DNA of 64,000 nt from Dehalococcoidia bacterium. Lineage in GTDB: Bacteria > Chloroflexota > Dehalococcoidia > Plut-88900. Both the position numbers and the translations under genes were made by a program. The notes below the pieces were generated by a model that ran no database searches, was not told the DNA's origin, and saw only the letters and a list, made by a program, of their open reading frames with translations. Shown here in pieces: positions 49,987 to 59,814 of the stretch (positions within the stretch are counted from its first letter, which is position 1; the number at the start of each line of letters is the position of its first letter). Location of the stretch: assembly GCA_965197585.1 (NCBI GenBank), contig OZ240215.1, positions 3,008,001 to 3,072,000 on the forward strand, given 5' to 3'.

Positions 49987-51219
49987 ATGAAGCACTTGTG
50001 GGTCTTTCTGCTGGTCGGGGTGGTGTTTGGCGTGCTCGCTTGTGAGGACGAGGTCCCGACGGCGACACCGGCGCCAACGCCTGCACCGACTGCTGCTCCT
50101 TTACCCACATCGCTCTCGACCACTACGCCCACCCCAAGCCCCGCGGTTACTCCGACTCCTGCGCCGACGGCGAGCCCGACACCTACACTATCGCGCGCAG
50201 CGCAGATCCTCCAATCTGCCATTGAGAATTTGCGGGCGCAGGCATCTTTTCGGGTGTCGGCAGTCATAGAAAACGCTGCTGTCACTACCACCATCAATGC
50301 CGAGATCGCGCCTCCCGACAAGGGGTACGTGCACGAGTCCTGGGCCACCGGGATAGGGACAAATGCAGACGAGTTTCTGTTCGTGGATGGCCTTCCCTAC
50401 TCCCGTCCCCCCGGCTTCCAAGTGTGGTTCGACTACAGCGGGACGACCTGGGCCCGCAGGACAGCCCAGGATTTCCCTTATGATCTGGAACTCCTGGCTG
50501 AAGGGACAGGTGACCTGGAGGTGCAAAGCGCGGACTCTATAGACGGGCCTGTCTATAGAGTCACGGGTACGGCGACGAGGCGGCTCGATGAAGCGATGGG
50601 CTTCGACGTCGGGGCCCGGTCTAGGGGTGAGGTAACTGAGATTGATATATGGATAAGCCGGGACGACCTGCTTCCCCTGCGCATTGAGGCGCGTTTCGAC
50701 AAGAATGGCGAGTATTTCAACGCAGAGTACTCGGGGTTCGGGTTGGCAGTGGACATCTCCGCGCCCGAGTCGGTCCTGGACCTGGACTACCTGCAGGGCT
50801 TGCTGGACGGGACCCTTAACCCAGAGGAGAAAGGCCTCGTGGTCCGGGCGTTTCCGGCAGAAGGGCAGAAATGCGTGGAGGATGAAATCGGCGGCGCCCC
50901 TTACCAGGAACTGGTCTCGGGGACCAGCGACCTCGACAGCGTTTTATTGTGGGTCCTAGATCATTGCGAGGAGCCGATTTTCTCCTATTCCGACTTATTT
51001 GCCAGGAGCGGCATTGCCGAAGCTCTGTATAGCCTAGATCTCACTATTCTCACGATTCCACGCGGGGACATGACAGGAGACCTGGCCGAGTGTGTGAGGG
51101 AGTCCGTAGGGCTGGAAGCCCTTTTCGAGGTCGGGTGGGGGGAACGGCCCCCTACTGCGGAGGAGGTGGCAGCCGGAGAAATGTGCAAGATGTTAGCTGG
51201 GGAGGGAGGTATCCCTTAG
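49987..51219 (+). CDS. Lipoprotein, LppX/LolA-like fold
   Basis: Lipobox VLAC, Pro/Thr linker, IWISRDDLLPLRI, YSGFG...ISAP; Cys-containing helical C-terminal repeats. Confidence 0.7.
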   Translation: MKHLWVFLLVGVVFGVLACEDEVPTATPAPTPAPTAAPLPTSLSTTTPTPSPAVTPTPAPTASPTPTLSRAAQILQSAIENLRAQASFRVSAVIENAAVTTTINAEIAPPDKGYVHESWATGIGTNADEFLFVDGLPYSRPPGFQVWFDYSGTTWARRTAQDFPYDLELLAEGTGDLEVQSADSIDGPVYRVTGTATRRLDEAMGFDVGARSRGEVTEIDIWISRDDLLPLRIEARFDKNGEYFNAEYSGFGLAVDISAPESVLDLDYLQGLLDGTLNPEEKGLVVRAFPAEGQKCVEDEIGGAPYQELVSGTSDLDSVLLWVLDHCEEPIFSYSDLFARSGIAEALYSLDLTILTIPRGDMTGDLAECVRESVGLEALFEVGWGERPPTAEEVAAGEMCKMLAGEGGIP

Positions 51220-51252
51220 CGCGGCAGTCGGGGGCGTGCTAGGGTGTCGTGG

Positions 51253-52149
51253 ATGAAACCGGCTTTGCTGTTCGCCTGGGTTGCGCTGGCCTTTGGTGCG
51301 CTTGCGTGCGAAGGACTCTTGCTCACCCCAACTTCTGTGCCTGGATCTACTCCGGAGGACGCGCGCTCGATATTCCGCGCGGCTGATGAGAACCTGAAGG
51401 CCACCTCTTCCTTCCACGTCACTTTCACCGCCGAGGGGTCCGGCGCCGGCACACGAGCCGAAACCGACATCTTTCCTCTAGAGGGAGGGCGCTTCGTCAT
51501 ACAGATTCTCCTCGATGCCGCCGACAACGTCGAGATTGAGGTCATTCAGATTGGAGAGTCCCGGTACGCGCTATATCCCGGTTTCCAGGCGTGGTTTGAC
51601 TTTGGAGGCGAGACTCTTCACCGCAATTCCAACTTCCAGGACTTCCCCTATGACCTTGGCGGAATCCGGGAAACGGCGGAGAGCTTCGAGCTGCTGGGAG
51701 AGGGCATTATCGATAATGAGGATGCATACCAGCTCATTGCAGGGGGGTCGGGAGACCTCAGACAGGCCGTCGGTTTCGCCCCCGGGGTGGGAGAGGCGGA
51801 GTTGGAGATATGGATAAGCAAGCCGGACCTGCTTCCGCTGCGCATCGAGGCACGGGTGGAAGACCCCGAGACGATGTTTACCTCGGTTTATTCCGACTTC
51901 GGCACCAGCGTGAACGTCTCCGTGCCTGGGAATGTCATTCATGTCGGCTTGATCGACGGGCTGCTGGAAGGGGCCCTGAGCGCCGAGCAGTTGGGAGAGG
52001 TCATGCGGGCCCTTCCGGTGGCGGGACAGAAGTGCATCGAGGCGGAGATTGGGACGGATGTGTACCGGGAGGTGATCGGCGGCGATAGTGAGGAGGACTT
52101 CCTGGTGTTGACTGCGTTCCATAAATGCGAGAGCCAGATATTCCCGTAA
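51253..52149 (+). CDS. Paralogous lipoprotein, LppX/LolA-like fold
   Basis: Lipobox ALAC; shares PGFQxWFD, QDFPYDL, IWISxxDLLPLRIEAR and GQKCxExEIG with the upstream gene. Confidence 0.7.
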   Translation: MKPALLFAWVALAFGALACEGLLLTPTSVPGSTPEDARSIFRAADENLKATSSFHVTFTAEGSGAGTRAETDIFPLEGGRFVIQILLDAADNVEIEVIQIGESRYALYPGFQAWFDFGGETLHRNSNFQDFPYDLGGIRETAESFELLGEGIIDNEDAYQLIAGGSGDLRQAVGFAPGVGEAELEIWISKPDLLPLRIEARVEDPETMFTSVYSDFGTSVNVSVPGNVIHVGLIDGLLEGALSAEQLGEVMRALPVAGQKCIEAEIGTDVYREVIGGDSEEDFLVLTAFHKCESQIFP

Positions 52150-52184
52150 GTGTGTGGGGTGTGTGACAGGCGTGGGCCACCCCT

Positions 52185-52221
52185 CGCTCGACCCTTCGAC
52201 TCGCCGCTCAGGGTGAGCGGC
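52185..52221. repeat. REP-like element (cccttcgac...gctcagggtgagcgg family)
   Basis: Related to about 14018-14045, 26957-26985 and 54125-54177. Confidence 0.7.
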
Positions 52222-52276
52222 CCCTCCCCGAACAACTAGAATAGAGATTGGCAGACGAAACATCAGGAGGTGAAGC

Positions 52277-52675
52277 ATGTCGGAAAGGTCACAGGTAGAG
52301 AGTGGAAGGCCCCTGGAGACTAAGTTCGGGTTTTGCAGGGCCGTCAGGGTCGACAACCCGACCAGCCACATATTCATCGCCGGCAACGCTTCGACGTCGG
52401 CGGACGGGTCGGTGTTTGCACCCGGTGATTACTACGCTCAGACGAAGCACATCCTCGGGCTGATCGAGGGTTACCTGAAGCAGGCGGGCGGCTCGCTGGA
52501 GAATGTGGTCAGGACGAGGGTCTTCGTGGTCGACGTACAGAACCACGCCGAGGAGGTCGGGATTGCCCACGGAGAGGTCTTCGGCAACATCAAGCCGGTC
52601 TGCACGCTTCTCGGCACCGACGCCCTCGTCCATCCCGACATGGTCGTGGAGATAGACGCCGATGCCGTCATCTAA
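52277..52675 (+). CDS. RidA/YjgF family protein
   Basis: FGFCRAVRV, LENVVRTRVFV, HGEVFGNIKPVCT, VEIDADA. Confidence 0.9.
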   Translation: MSERSQVESGRPLETKFGFCRAVRVDNPTSHIFIAGNASTSADGSVFAPGDYYAQTKHILGLIEGYLKQAGGSLENVVRTRVFVVDVQNHAEEVGIAHGEVFGNIKPVCTLLGTDALVHPDMVVEIDADAVI

Positions 52676-52790
52676 CCCTGGGTAGACAGCCTAAAGAATG
52701 CTTGGCATTTCTTAGGGGCGATATACGCAGTTAGGCAACTTGGGAGCGGGTTGCGAGGGCTGTATCCTCGGCACATCCTTGGATTAAAAC

Positions 52791-52979
52791 TCACTTTTTT
52801 CTACGTTTGCGTTTCTTATCGGCCTTCCGTCGCAAAGCTGCCTCCAGGGGCGTTTCATTTGCATGGGGCAGGCCGAGCTTGTCTAGTCGCTTATTCGTGC
52901 ACTGCTGGCAGGAGCACGCATTGGGATGCCTTTTTTCGTTACGCTTGCCAGTCTGATAGGCATGGTCCCGGTCCAACAT
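52791..52979 (-). CDS. Putative small basic protein with HPxxCxCxxC motif
   Basis: AGGAG upstream; HPNACSCQQC; Lys/Arg-rich tail. Confidence 0.45.
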   Translation of the reverse strand: MLDRDHAYQTGKRNEKRHPNACSCQQCTNKRLDKLGLPHANETPLEAALRRKADKKRKRRKK

Positions 52980-53020
52980 AACAGTCAAACTCCTAGTGTT
53001 GAGTGAGGGCCGTTCTGCGT

Positions 53021-53848
53021 TTAGCTCACGGCGTATTTGTCGCCGCGCTCCTCGACTCGGCCTTCGTTGACGAGTTTGATAAGGTGCACCTTGACCTGGC
53101 CCTCGGCCTCGGAGAGGAGATCCTTGTCGAGTTCAGGGTAGATGGCCTTGACGAGGCTTTCGATGGTGTCCCGGCCCTCGGAGAGGTAGGTGAGGACCTG
53201 TTTCTCCCGCTCCATCCGGTGGTCTAAAAGCTCCTTGATCTTTGCCTGGGGCTGGTTCACCGGAGACCCGTGGCCCGGGTATAGGGCGCTGATATCCAGT
53301 GGCTGAAGCTTGCGCAGGGAGTCGATGTACTTTGCCATGTCCCCGCGGTCTGGGCTGACGGCGGTGGTGCCGGTGCCGAGAATGTGGTCGCCGGTAAAGA
53401 GGGACCGGTTGCTGCGGTTGAGGACGCAGGTGTGGCCGTGGGTGTGGCCCGGGGTGTGAATCAGATCCAGCTCGACGCCCCCTAGGTTGATCACGTCACC
53501 GTCCTCAAAAGCCTCGTCGACGCGGGTGTCCTCAAAAGCCTCGTTGGCCGTGTCGGCGTCATCTCGGTGGATGATGATTTTGGCCCCGGACAGCTGTTTC
53601 AACCGCTCTGCGCCGCCAAGGTGGTCGGGGTGGGGGTGGGTAAGGATGATGTATCGGAAATCGGGGTTGCCGAGCTCTTTGAGCTGGTCGAGCCTGCTGT
53701 TAATGGAATTGTCGTCCCCGTTGCCCGTGTCGATGAGAACGCCTTCGCCCTCGGTGAGGAGGTAGGAGTTGGGCGGGTAGTGTTTGAAGAAGAATGATCC
53801 GTCCTCTATAGGGACGTGGAGGGAGTGAAGGCCGGGGGCTAGCTCCAT
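53021..53848 (-). CDS. MBL-fold metallo-hydrolase (LACTB2-like with winged-helix tail)
   Basis: THPHPDHLGG, TPGHTHGH, FTGDH, PGHG, HLIKL. Confidence 0.93.
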   Translation of the reverse strand: MELAPGLHSLHVPIEDGSFFFKHYPPNSYLLTEGEGVLIDTGNGDDNSINSRLDQLKELGNPDFRYIILTHPHPDHLGGAERLKQLSGAKIIIHRDDADTANEAFEDTRVDEAFEDGDVINLGGVELDLIHTPGHTHGHTCVLNRSNRSLFTGDHILGTGTTAVSPDRGDMAKYIDSLRKLQPLDISALYPGHGSPVNQPQAKIKELLDHRMEREKQVLTYLSEGRDTIESLVKAIYPELDKDLLSEAEGQVKVHLIKLVNEGRVEERGDKYAVS

Positions 53849-53934
53849 TTTGGGGCTCCTTGTATAGCGGTGTCAGGTTGAAAGGATATGGGGGGAGAGG
53901 GTGGGGACGCAAGGGGTTGGTGGCACAGTGGGGG

Positions 53935-54935
53935 AGGGAGGTCTCGGTGGGGGCTTTTGATTGACTCAATCAAAAGTTCGTGCCTGTATGATTGTTCTCC
54001 GGGAAAATTGTTCGCCATCTTTCTGGGATGGGGGAGCCGGCGATGGCGATGGAGATTGGATGGGCATGGGAGATTGCGGTTCCTTTCGTGGGTGGTGGTG
54101 GCTTTTGTGGGCGCTTCGATGCGCTCGACCCTTCGACGCTGCTCACGCCACGGCGCATCTTCGACAGGGTGAGCGGGTGAATGGGGGGGCTGGGGAGGGG
54201 ATGGAAGGTCCCGGACGGTTGCGCAGAAAGACGGCGACGCCTGCACCGATGCCTGTGGTTCGCCACAGCGGATGTTCCACATCGGCGACGACTCTGCGAC
54301 AGCCCCGAGCTTCTGGGAGGATGTGGAGGAGACGCGAGGAAATCTCGGTGTGGGGCAGTCTCGACCACCAGAAGTGCCCGACCATTCGGAGATATGGGGG
54401 CGTGGACTCGATACCGTCGCTGGGTGGAATGAGCTCTCCGAGGGCTACGACGGCGGAGTCTCTGGGCACAATGGCCCTGTTGAGCAGCATGACACCGTGC
54501 TCGTGGGCGTCGCCTGAGGGGGCGAGGATGGTGCGCCGGGTAAGTGGGGCGCGCACTTGGCAGGGGCACTTGGAAAGGGCAAGCCAGTTTTTGTCCGGGA
54601 ACCTTCCATAGCCGGTCACTGGGACCGGGCGGAACGATGATTGATCGCTGCGGAGGCGGAGGCGTTCGGCCTTGGGGCAGCGCGTGTAGTGGGTGTTGAG
54701 ATGGGGACAGGGCGAATAGGGATTGGGGAGGAGGCGCGTGCCGGTTGCCGGGCGGTCCCATACCGCACGGGGACGACGGGGCCTATGTAGGCTTATGCAA
54801 CTCATGGGACTCCTTCCGCCAGAGGCGGATGTTCCATATTCCTTATCCTGATTAGGGCCGACATGGGTGTCGGGCCTGCGGGAGAATATAGTACAAAAGT
54901 TTTGATTGGGTCAAGGGGGTGATGTCACAATGGGG
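53935..54935 (-). repeat. Dispersed repeat element, copy C (most diverged, shortest)
   Basis: Same promoter geometry, ggcccgac...gtcggccct hairpin, aaggagtcccatgagt start, ORF blocks and aacaatca tail. Confidence 0.88.
54143..54805 (-). CDS. Hypothetical protein of repeat element copy C (220 aa)
   Basis: Shares RPATGTRLLPNP, HYxRCPxAERLRLRSDQS, HFWWSR, IGxGVAxFLRNRPGPSI. Confidence 0.55.
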   Translation of the reverse strand: MSCISLHRPRRPRAVWDRPATGTRLLPNPYSPCPHLNTHYTRCPKAERLRLRSDQSSFRPVPVTGYGRFPDKNWLALSKCPCQVRAPLTRRTILAPSGDAHEHGVMLLNRAIVPRDSAVVALGELIPPSDGIESTPPYLRMVGHFWWSRLPHTEISSRLLHILPEARGCRRVVADVEHPLWRTTGIGAGVAVFLRNRPGPSIPSPAPPFTRSPCRRCAVA

Positions 54936-55039
54936 AGGGCTGGTGGCACAGGGGAGAGGGATGGATAGGCCGTACTCCGGGGGTCGACTTGTATAATGGA
55001 CGGACGGTCTATGGTCAGGCAAAGTTGGGGGTAACCAAA

Positions 55040-56809
55040 TTGTCTAAAGCGACAAGACAGCTGAATCCCCTGCGTCTCTGCGTCCTTGGCCTGATTCTCC
55101 TGGCCTTCCTCGCCGCCTGCAGTTCCGACGCACCGTCGGCGACTCCTACCTCCGACAGACCTACGGCCACGATCTCACCCACGGCCACCGTCTTGCCTAC
55201 CGCCATCCTCTCGACCACTGCGGCGCCCACACCTCCCAGCACACCACCCGACCTGGACAGGGAAGCGCTGGTTGCCCTCTTCAATGCCACGGATGGTGAA
55301 AACTGGGAGAACAACGAAAACTGGCTGACCGACGCGCCACTCGGCGAATGGCGCGGCGTCACTACTAACGGCAAAGGCCGCGTTGTCGAACTGTATCTCA
55401 AAGGGAACAGGCTGAGTGGAGAGATACCGGCGGAGTTGGGCAACCTCACCAACCTGGAATCTCTGGACCTCGGCGGGAACGGGCTTAGCGGTGGGATACC
55501 GGCAGAGCTGGGCGACCTCACCAACCTGAAGTTCCTGAACCTCAACGGGAACGGGCTTAGCGGTGGGATACCGGCAGAGTTGGGCAGCCTCACCAACCTG
55601 GAAACGCTGAAACTCGGCGATAGCGGATTGAGCGGGGAGATACCGGTGGAGCTGGGCAACCTCGTCAACCTGTGGTGGCTGGACATCAGCGGGAACGGGT
55701 TGAATGGGGAGATACCGGTGGAGTTGGGCAACCTCGTCAACCTGTGGTGGCTGGACATCAGCGGGAACAGGTTGAATGGGGAGATACCGGTGGAGTTGGG
55801 CAACCTCGTCAACCTGGAAGAGTTGCACCTCAGCAATAACCGGTTAAGTGGGGAGATACCGGTAGAGTTAGGCACGCTAGTGCACCTGAGAATACTGTCC
55901 CTCGACGGAAACAATTTGAGCGGTGCAATCCCACCGGAGTTTGGCGACCTCACTAGCCTTGAATCCTTGTCCCTCGATGATAACAAGCTGACTGGAGAGG
56001 TCCCACCGGAGTGGGATAACCTTGCCAGTCTGGTACTACTGACCCTCAACTCGAGCCAGCTAAACGATTGTATATCGGACCTGGTGTACGAAGCGCTTCG
56101 TGATAGGGGCAGCGTCAGGCAATGCGTTGCCGTAGAGACAGGCGAGAACGAAGCGCTGGTCGCCTTGTACAATGCCACTGACGGTCCAAACTGGAATCGC
56201 AATGACAACTGGGGGAGCAGCGCTCCGATCAGCGATTGGTGGGGCGTATCTACTGACCGCGACGGCCGTGTGGCAAGATTAGACCTCTTCCGGAACGGGT
56301 TGAGCGGGGAGTTGCCGCCGGAATTAGGTAGCCTTTCCAACATGAGATCGCTGAGGCTCGTCAGAAATAAATTGAGTGGAGAGATTCCACCCGAGTTGGG
56401 CAATCTGGCTAAGCTGAGAATTTTGCAACTGGAGGGGAACGGGTTGAGCGGAGAGGTACCGCCGGAGTTGGGTGACCTCGCCAACCTTAGAGTGCTGAAA
56501 CTGTCACTGAACGGGTTGAGCGGGAAGATACCGATGGAGTTGGGTGACCTAACCAGTCTGCAGGTAATGCAACTAGGCTATAACCAGTTGAGTGGGGAGA
56601 TTCCGCCGGAGATTGAGAACCTCACCGATCTGCGCTGGCTGCATTTCAGCCGAAATGAGTTAATCGGGGAAGTGCCGGCGGAGTTGGGCAACCTCACCAA
56701 CCTGAGCAGGTTAAACATCAGCCAGAACCAATTGCGCGGGTGCATACCACCCAGTCTGCAATACAAGTTGGATTCAGTCAGTAAGCTAGGTGGTCTGCCT
56801 TACTGCTAA
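55040..56809 (+). CDS. Leucine-rich repeat lipoprotein (plant-type 24-aa LRR, two capped blocks)
   Basis: Lipobox LAAC; two ALVALxNATDG...W.GV...GRV caps; LSGEIPxELGNLxxLxxLxLxxN repeats at a 72-nt period; start moved to TTG 55040 because TATAAT lies at 54992. Confidence 0.92.
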   Translation: MSKATRQLNPLRLCVLGLILLAFLAACSSDAPSATPTSDRPTATISPTATVLPTAILSTTAAPTPPSTPPDLDREALVALFNATDGENWENNENWLTDAPLGEWRGVTTNGKGRVVELYLKGNRLSGEIPAELGNLTNLESLDLGGNGLSGGIPAELGDLTNLKFLNLNGNGLSGGIPAELGSLTNLETLKLGDSGLSGEIPVELGNLVNLWWLDISGNGLNGEIPVELGNLVNLWWLDISGNRLNGEIPVELGNLVNLEELHLSNNRLSGEIPVELGTLVHLRILSLDGNNLSGAIPPEFGDLTSLESLSLDDNKLTGEVPPEWDNLASLVLLTLNSSQLNDCISDLVYEALRDRGSVRQCVAVETGENEALVALYNATDGPNWNRNDNWGSSAPISDWWGVSTDRDGRVARLDLFRNGLSGELPPELGSLSNMRSLRLVRNKLSGEIPPELGNLAKLRILQLEGNGLSGEVPPELGDLANLRVLKLSLNGLSGKIPMELGDLTSLQVMQLGYNQLSGEIPPEIENLTDLRWLHFSRNELIGEVPAELGNLTNLSRLNISQNQLRGCIPPSLQYKLDSVSKLGGLPYC

Positions 56810-57104
56810 GTGCCCGATACCCCTATATGGCGCTAGCCCCCACCCCCTGTGACACGACCCCCTTGCTCTCCCTACCCCACCCCTTGTATCGTTGGTTCAT
56901 ATTAACTGTGGCTACATCTGGCTGTCCCCGCATGCAGCAACAATCGGGGCGCCGCACCATTTTCCGCTACCTTTCCCCTTTAAGTCGGCCCACACTCGCC
57001 ACCCGACGAACAATCAACCACATAGCTAGTTTCCTTGATTGCCCGCGTCGGCTTTGATAGTCATATGTCAACTTTGTCGGTTGCGCCGCACGGCCACGCT
57101 ACAT

Positions 57105-57134
57105 TTGACCCCCCTTCGCGTACGTCCATATAAT
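57105..57134 (+). promoter_or_regulatory. pheS promoter TTGACC-N18-TATAAT
   Basis: Near-consensus elements 40 nt upstream of the ATG. Confidence 0.7.
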
Positions 57135-57173
57135 TGCCCCGTAATTTCGTAGCCCCTTTTTCGTAGATTCACC

Positions 57174-58211
57174 ATGATGCAGCAGGTTGAAGAGCTTACT
57201 TCCAGGGCCCTTTCGGAGCTTGAGCCGTTGGCCGAGCCCGAGGCGCTGGAGCAGTGGCGCGTCTCGTATCTCGGGAGGAAGGGGTCGCTGACGCAACTGC
57301 TGAGGGGGGTGAGCTCGTTGCCGGTGGAGGAGAGACGGGATGCGGGGTCGGCGGCGAATAGGGCAAAGAACCGGCTAGAGGGGGCCCTTTCCGACAAGGA
57401 GGAGGTGCTCAAGCAGCAGGAGCTTTCCAAGAGGCTCGGGGAGGCCATCGACGTCACGCTGCCGGGCCATCCCGTCGAGCTGGGACGCCTGCACCCGACC
57501 ACTCAGATGCTCCGGGAGATATGCGAGGCCTTCAACAGCATGGGGTTCCAGGTGGTCGAGGGACCGGAGGTCGAGTGGGACTACTACAACTTCGAGGCGC
57601 TGAACATCCCCCAGGGCCACCCGGCCCGAGACATGTGGGACACCCTCTGGATAGACTACGAGACCGACGACGGCCAGCGGCCGATGCTGCTCCGTACACA
57701 TACCTCGCCGATGCAGATACGGGTGATGGAGAGCCGGGAGCCGCCCATCCGGGTGATAGTCCCCGGCCGCGTGTACCGCTACGAGGCCACCGACGCCACC
57801 CACGAAAGCATCTTCTTCCAGGTTGAGGGCCTCGCTGTCGACAAGGGGATAACCTTCGCCGACCTGAAGGGCACTCTGTTTCAGTTCGCCAGGATGCTCT
57901 TCGGCGCCGAGCGGAAGGTCAGGTTCCGCTGCGACTACTTCCCCTTCGTCGAGCCGGGCGTCGACATGTCCATCGACTGCTTCCTCTGCGAGGGCCGAGG
58001 GTGCCGGGTGTGTAGCGGGACAGGGTGGATAGAGATAATGGGAGCGGGCATGGTGCACCCCAAGGTACTTGAGCGCGTGGGCTATGATCCCAGCGTGTAC
58101 ACGGGGTTCGCGTTCGGGCTCGGGCCTGAGCGGATTGCCATGCTCAAGTACGGCATAGACGACATCAGGCTTTTCTATTCGAACGACATACGGTTCCTTA
58201 GACAGTTTTAG
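57174..58211 (+). CDS. pheS: Phenylalanine-tRNA ligase alpha subunit
   Basis: [40 protein letters not shown]. Confidence 0.98.
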   Translation: MMQQVEELTSRALSELEPLAEPEALEQWRVSYLGRKGSLTQLLRGVSSLPVEERRDAGSAANRAKNRLEGALSDKEEVLKQQELSKRLGEAIDVTLPGHPVELGRLHPTTQMLREICEAFNSMGFQVVEGPEVEWDYYNFEALNIPQGHPARDMWDTLWIDYETDDGQRPMLLRTHTSPMQIRVMESREPPIRVIVPGRVYRYEATDATHESIFFQVEGLAVDKGITFADLKGTLFQFARMLFGAERKVRFRCDYFPFVEPGVDMSIDCFLCEGRGCRVCSGTGWIEIMGAGMVHPKVLERVGYDPSVYTGFAFGLGPERIAMLKYGIDDIRLFYSNDIRFLRQF

Positions 58212-58221
58212 GAGGCCCGTC

Positions 58222-59679
58222 ATGGTAAGCACTATGCCGTCCCGTTCCCAGGAGATAAGGAGCAAGCTGCGCCACCCGATAATCGACTCGGACGGGCACA
58301 ACCTGGAGCTGAACCCCGCCCTGCTGGACTACGTGCAGGACATCGGCGGTCGGGACGTCAGGGACCGTTTCGGGGAGATGCTGAAGTTCAGCGAGAAGCA
58401 AGAGTGGGTCGAGATGTCCGACGAGGCCCGGCGCTACAACTGGCTCACCGCCCCGGCGTGGTGGGGGATGCCGGCCAAGAACACCTATGACCGGGCCACT
58501 GCGTCGCTGCCTAACCTGTTGCACCGTAGAATGGACGAGCTTGGCATCGACTACGCGGTGATTTACCCGACTTGGCGCCCGGGCCTGATGCGCTTCCAGG
58601 ACGAGAGTGACGACGATATAAGGCGCATCTCCTGCCGGGCCTTGAACGCCTACCACGCCGACATCTACGGCGAGTATTCGGACCGCATGACCCCCGCGGC
58701 CATGATCCCCATGTACACGCCTGAGGAAGCCATCGACGAGCTGGAGTATTCGATTAAGACGCTTAAGCTGAAGGTCCCGGTGATCGCGAGCCTCGTGCGC
58801 CGGACTATACCGAAGCTGGAGGCCGAGGCCCCGGGCATAGCCCATCACGTGCATCGGCTGGACCCCCTGGGCCTGGACAGCGACTACGACTACGATCCGT
58901 TCTGGGCCAAGTGCATGGACCTTGGGACTGCTCCGGCGTGCCACGCCAGCGCGTTCGAATGGGAGGCGCAGGGCTCGATATCCAGCTACGTGTACAACCA
59001 CATCGGCGCGTTCGCAAAGGCCAGCGAGGCGTTCTGCAAGGCCATGTTCATGGGCGGCGTGACCAGGCGGTTCCCCGATCTGAACGTAGCCTTCCTGGAG
59101 GGTGGGGTGGGGTGGGCCTGTTCGTTGTACGCGGGGATCATCTCTCACTGGGAGAAGCGGAACAGCCGCGAGATCTGGAAGCTCGACCCCAACACCGTCG
59201 ACAAGGACATGATGCTCGGTCTGATCGACAAACATGGGCACAAGTCGATGCAGTCTAGGCGGGATGACATCGGGCGGATGATCGACGCAGGAGACGCGAC
59301 TCCCCGCCAGGTCGACGACTGGCACCGCGTGCAGATGGAATCGAAAGAGGAGATGCACGACCTGTTCGTCAAGCCGTTCTACTTCGGGTGCGAAGCTGAT
59401 GACCCGATGAACTCCTGGGCCTTCAACTCGAAGGTGAATCCGATGGGTGCGAAGTTGAAAGCCGTGTTCAGCTCGGATATCGGGCACTGGGACGTGCCGG
59501 ACATGCGGGAGGTGGTGGAGGAGGCCTACGAGATGGTCGAGCACGAATTGATGACCGACTCGGACTTTGAGGACTTCGTATTCACCAACGCCGTCCACCT
59601 GTACGCAGACATGAACCCGGACTTCTTCAAGGGCACGGCGGTGGAGTCGGATGCAGCCAAGGTATTGAATGGGGTGTGA
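58222..59679 (+). CDS. Amidohydrolase family protein (Amidohydro_2), copy 1
   Basis: IIDSDGH, YDPFWAKC, FLEGGVGW, FGCEADD, FSSDIGHWD. Confidence 0.93.
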   Translation: MVSTMPSRSQEIRSKLRHPIIDSDGHNLELNPALLDYVQDIGGRDVRDRFGEMLKFSEKQEWVEMSDEARRYNWLTAPAWWGMPAKNTYDRATASLPNLLHRRMDELGIDYAVIYPTWRPGLMRFQDESDDDIRRISCRALNAYHADIYGEYSDRMTPAAMIPMYTPEEAIDELEYSIKTLKLKVPVIASLVRRTIPKLEAEAPGIAHHVHRLDPLGLDSDYDYDPFWAKCMDLGTAPACHASAFEWEAQGSISSYVYNHIGAFAKASEAFCKAMFMGGVTRRFPDLNVAFLEGGVGWACSLYAGIISHWEKRNSREIWKLDPNTVDKDMMLGLIDKHGHKSMQSRRDDIGRMIDAGDATPRQVDDWHRVQMESKEEMHDLFVKPFYFGCEADDPMNSWAFNSKVNPMGAKLKAVFSSDIGHWDVPDMREVVEEAYEMVEHELMTDSDFEDFVFTNAVHLYADMNPDFFKGTAVESDAAKVLNGV

Positions 59680-59687
59680 GATGGAAT

Positions 59688-59760
59688 ACCCTCACCCTAG
59701 CCCTCTCAAGCCTCGGCGCACCTGCGACCCATCGAGGGAGAGGGGATTGGACCCCTCTCC
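59688..59760. repeat. REP-like palindrome with internal insert
   Basis: ccctcaccctagccctctc...cccatcgagggagaggggattggacccctctcc. Confidence 0.75.
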
Positions 59761-59814
59761 GCCCTGCCTCTGGGTTCCTGCCTCTGTAGTAATGACGGGA
59801 GAAGAGATCGGAGA

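Noticed and set aside
55420-55860. Possible CRISPR array or DGR in the periodic 72-nt repeats
   Set aside because: Repeats are in-frame LRR units without unique spacers; differences are not adenine-specific; no RT or cas genes
55015-56484. 489-aa repetitive antisense ORF
   Set aside because: Mirror of the LRR repeats
56830-57170. T-box leader for pheS, or a fourth copy of the repeat element (aatcaaggaaa word on - strand)
   Set aside because: The pheS promoter is only 40 nt from the ATG with no T-box motif; similarity to the element is limited to about 11 nt
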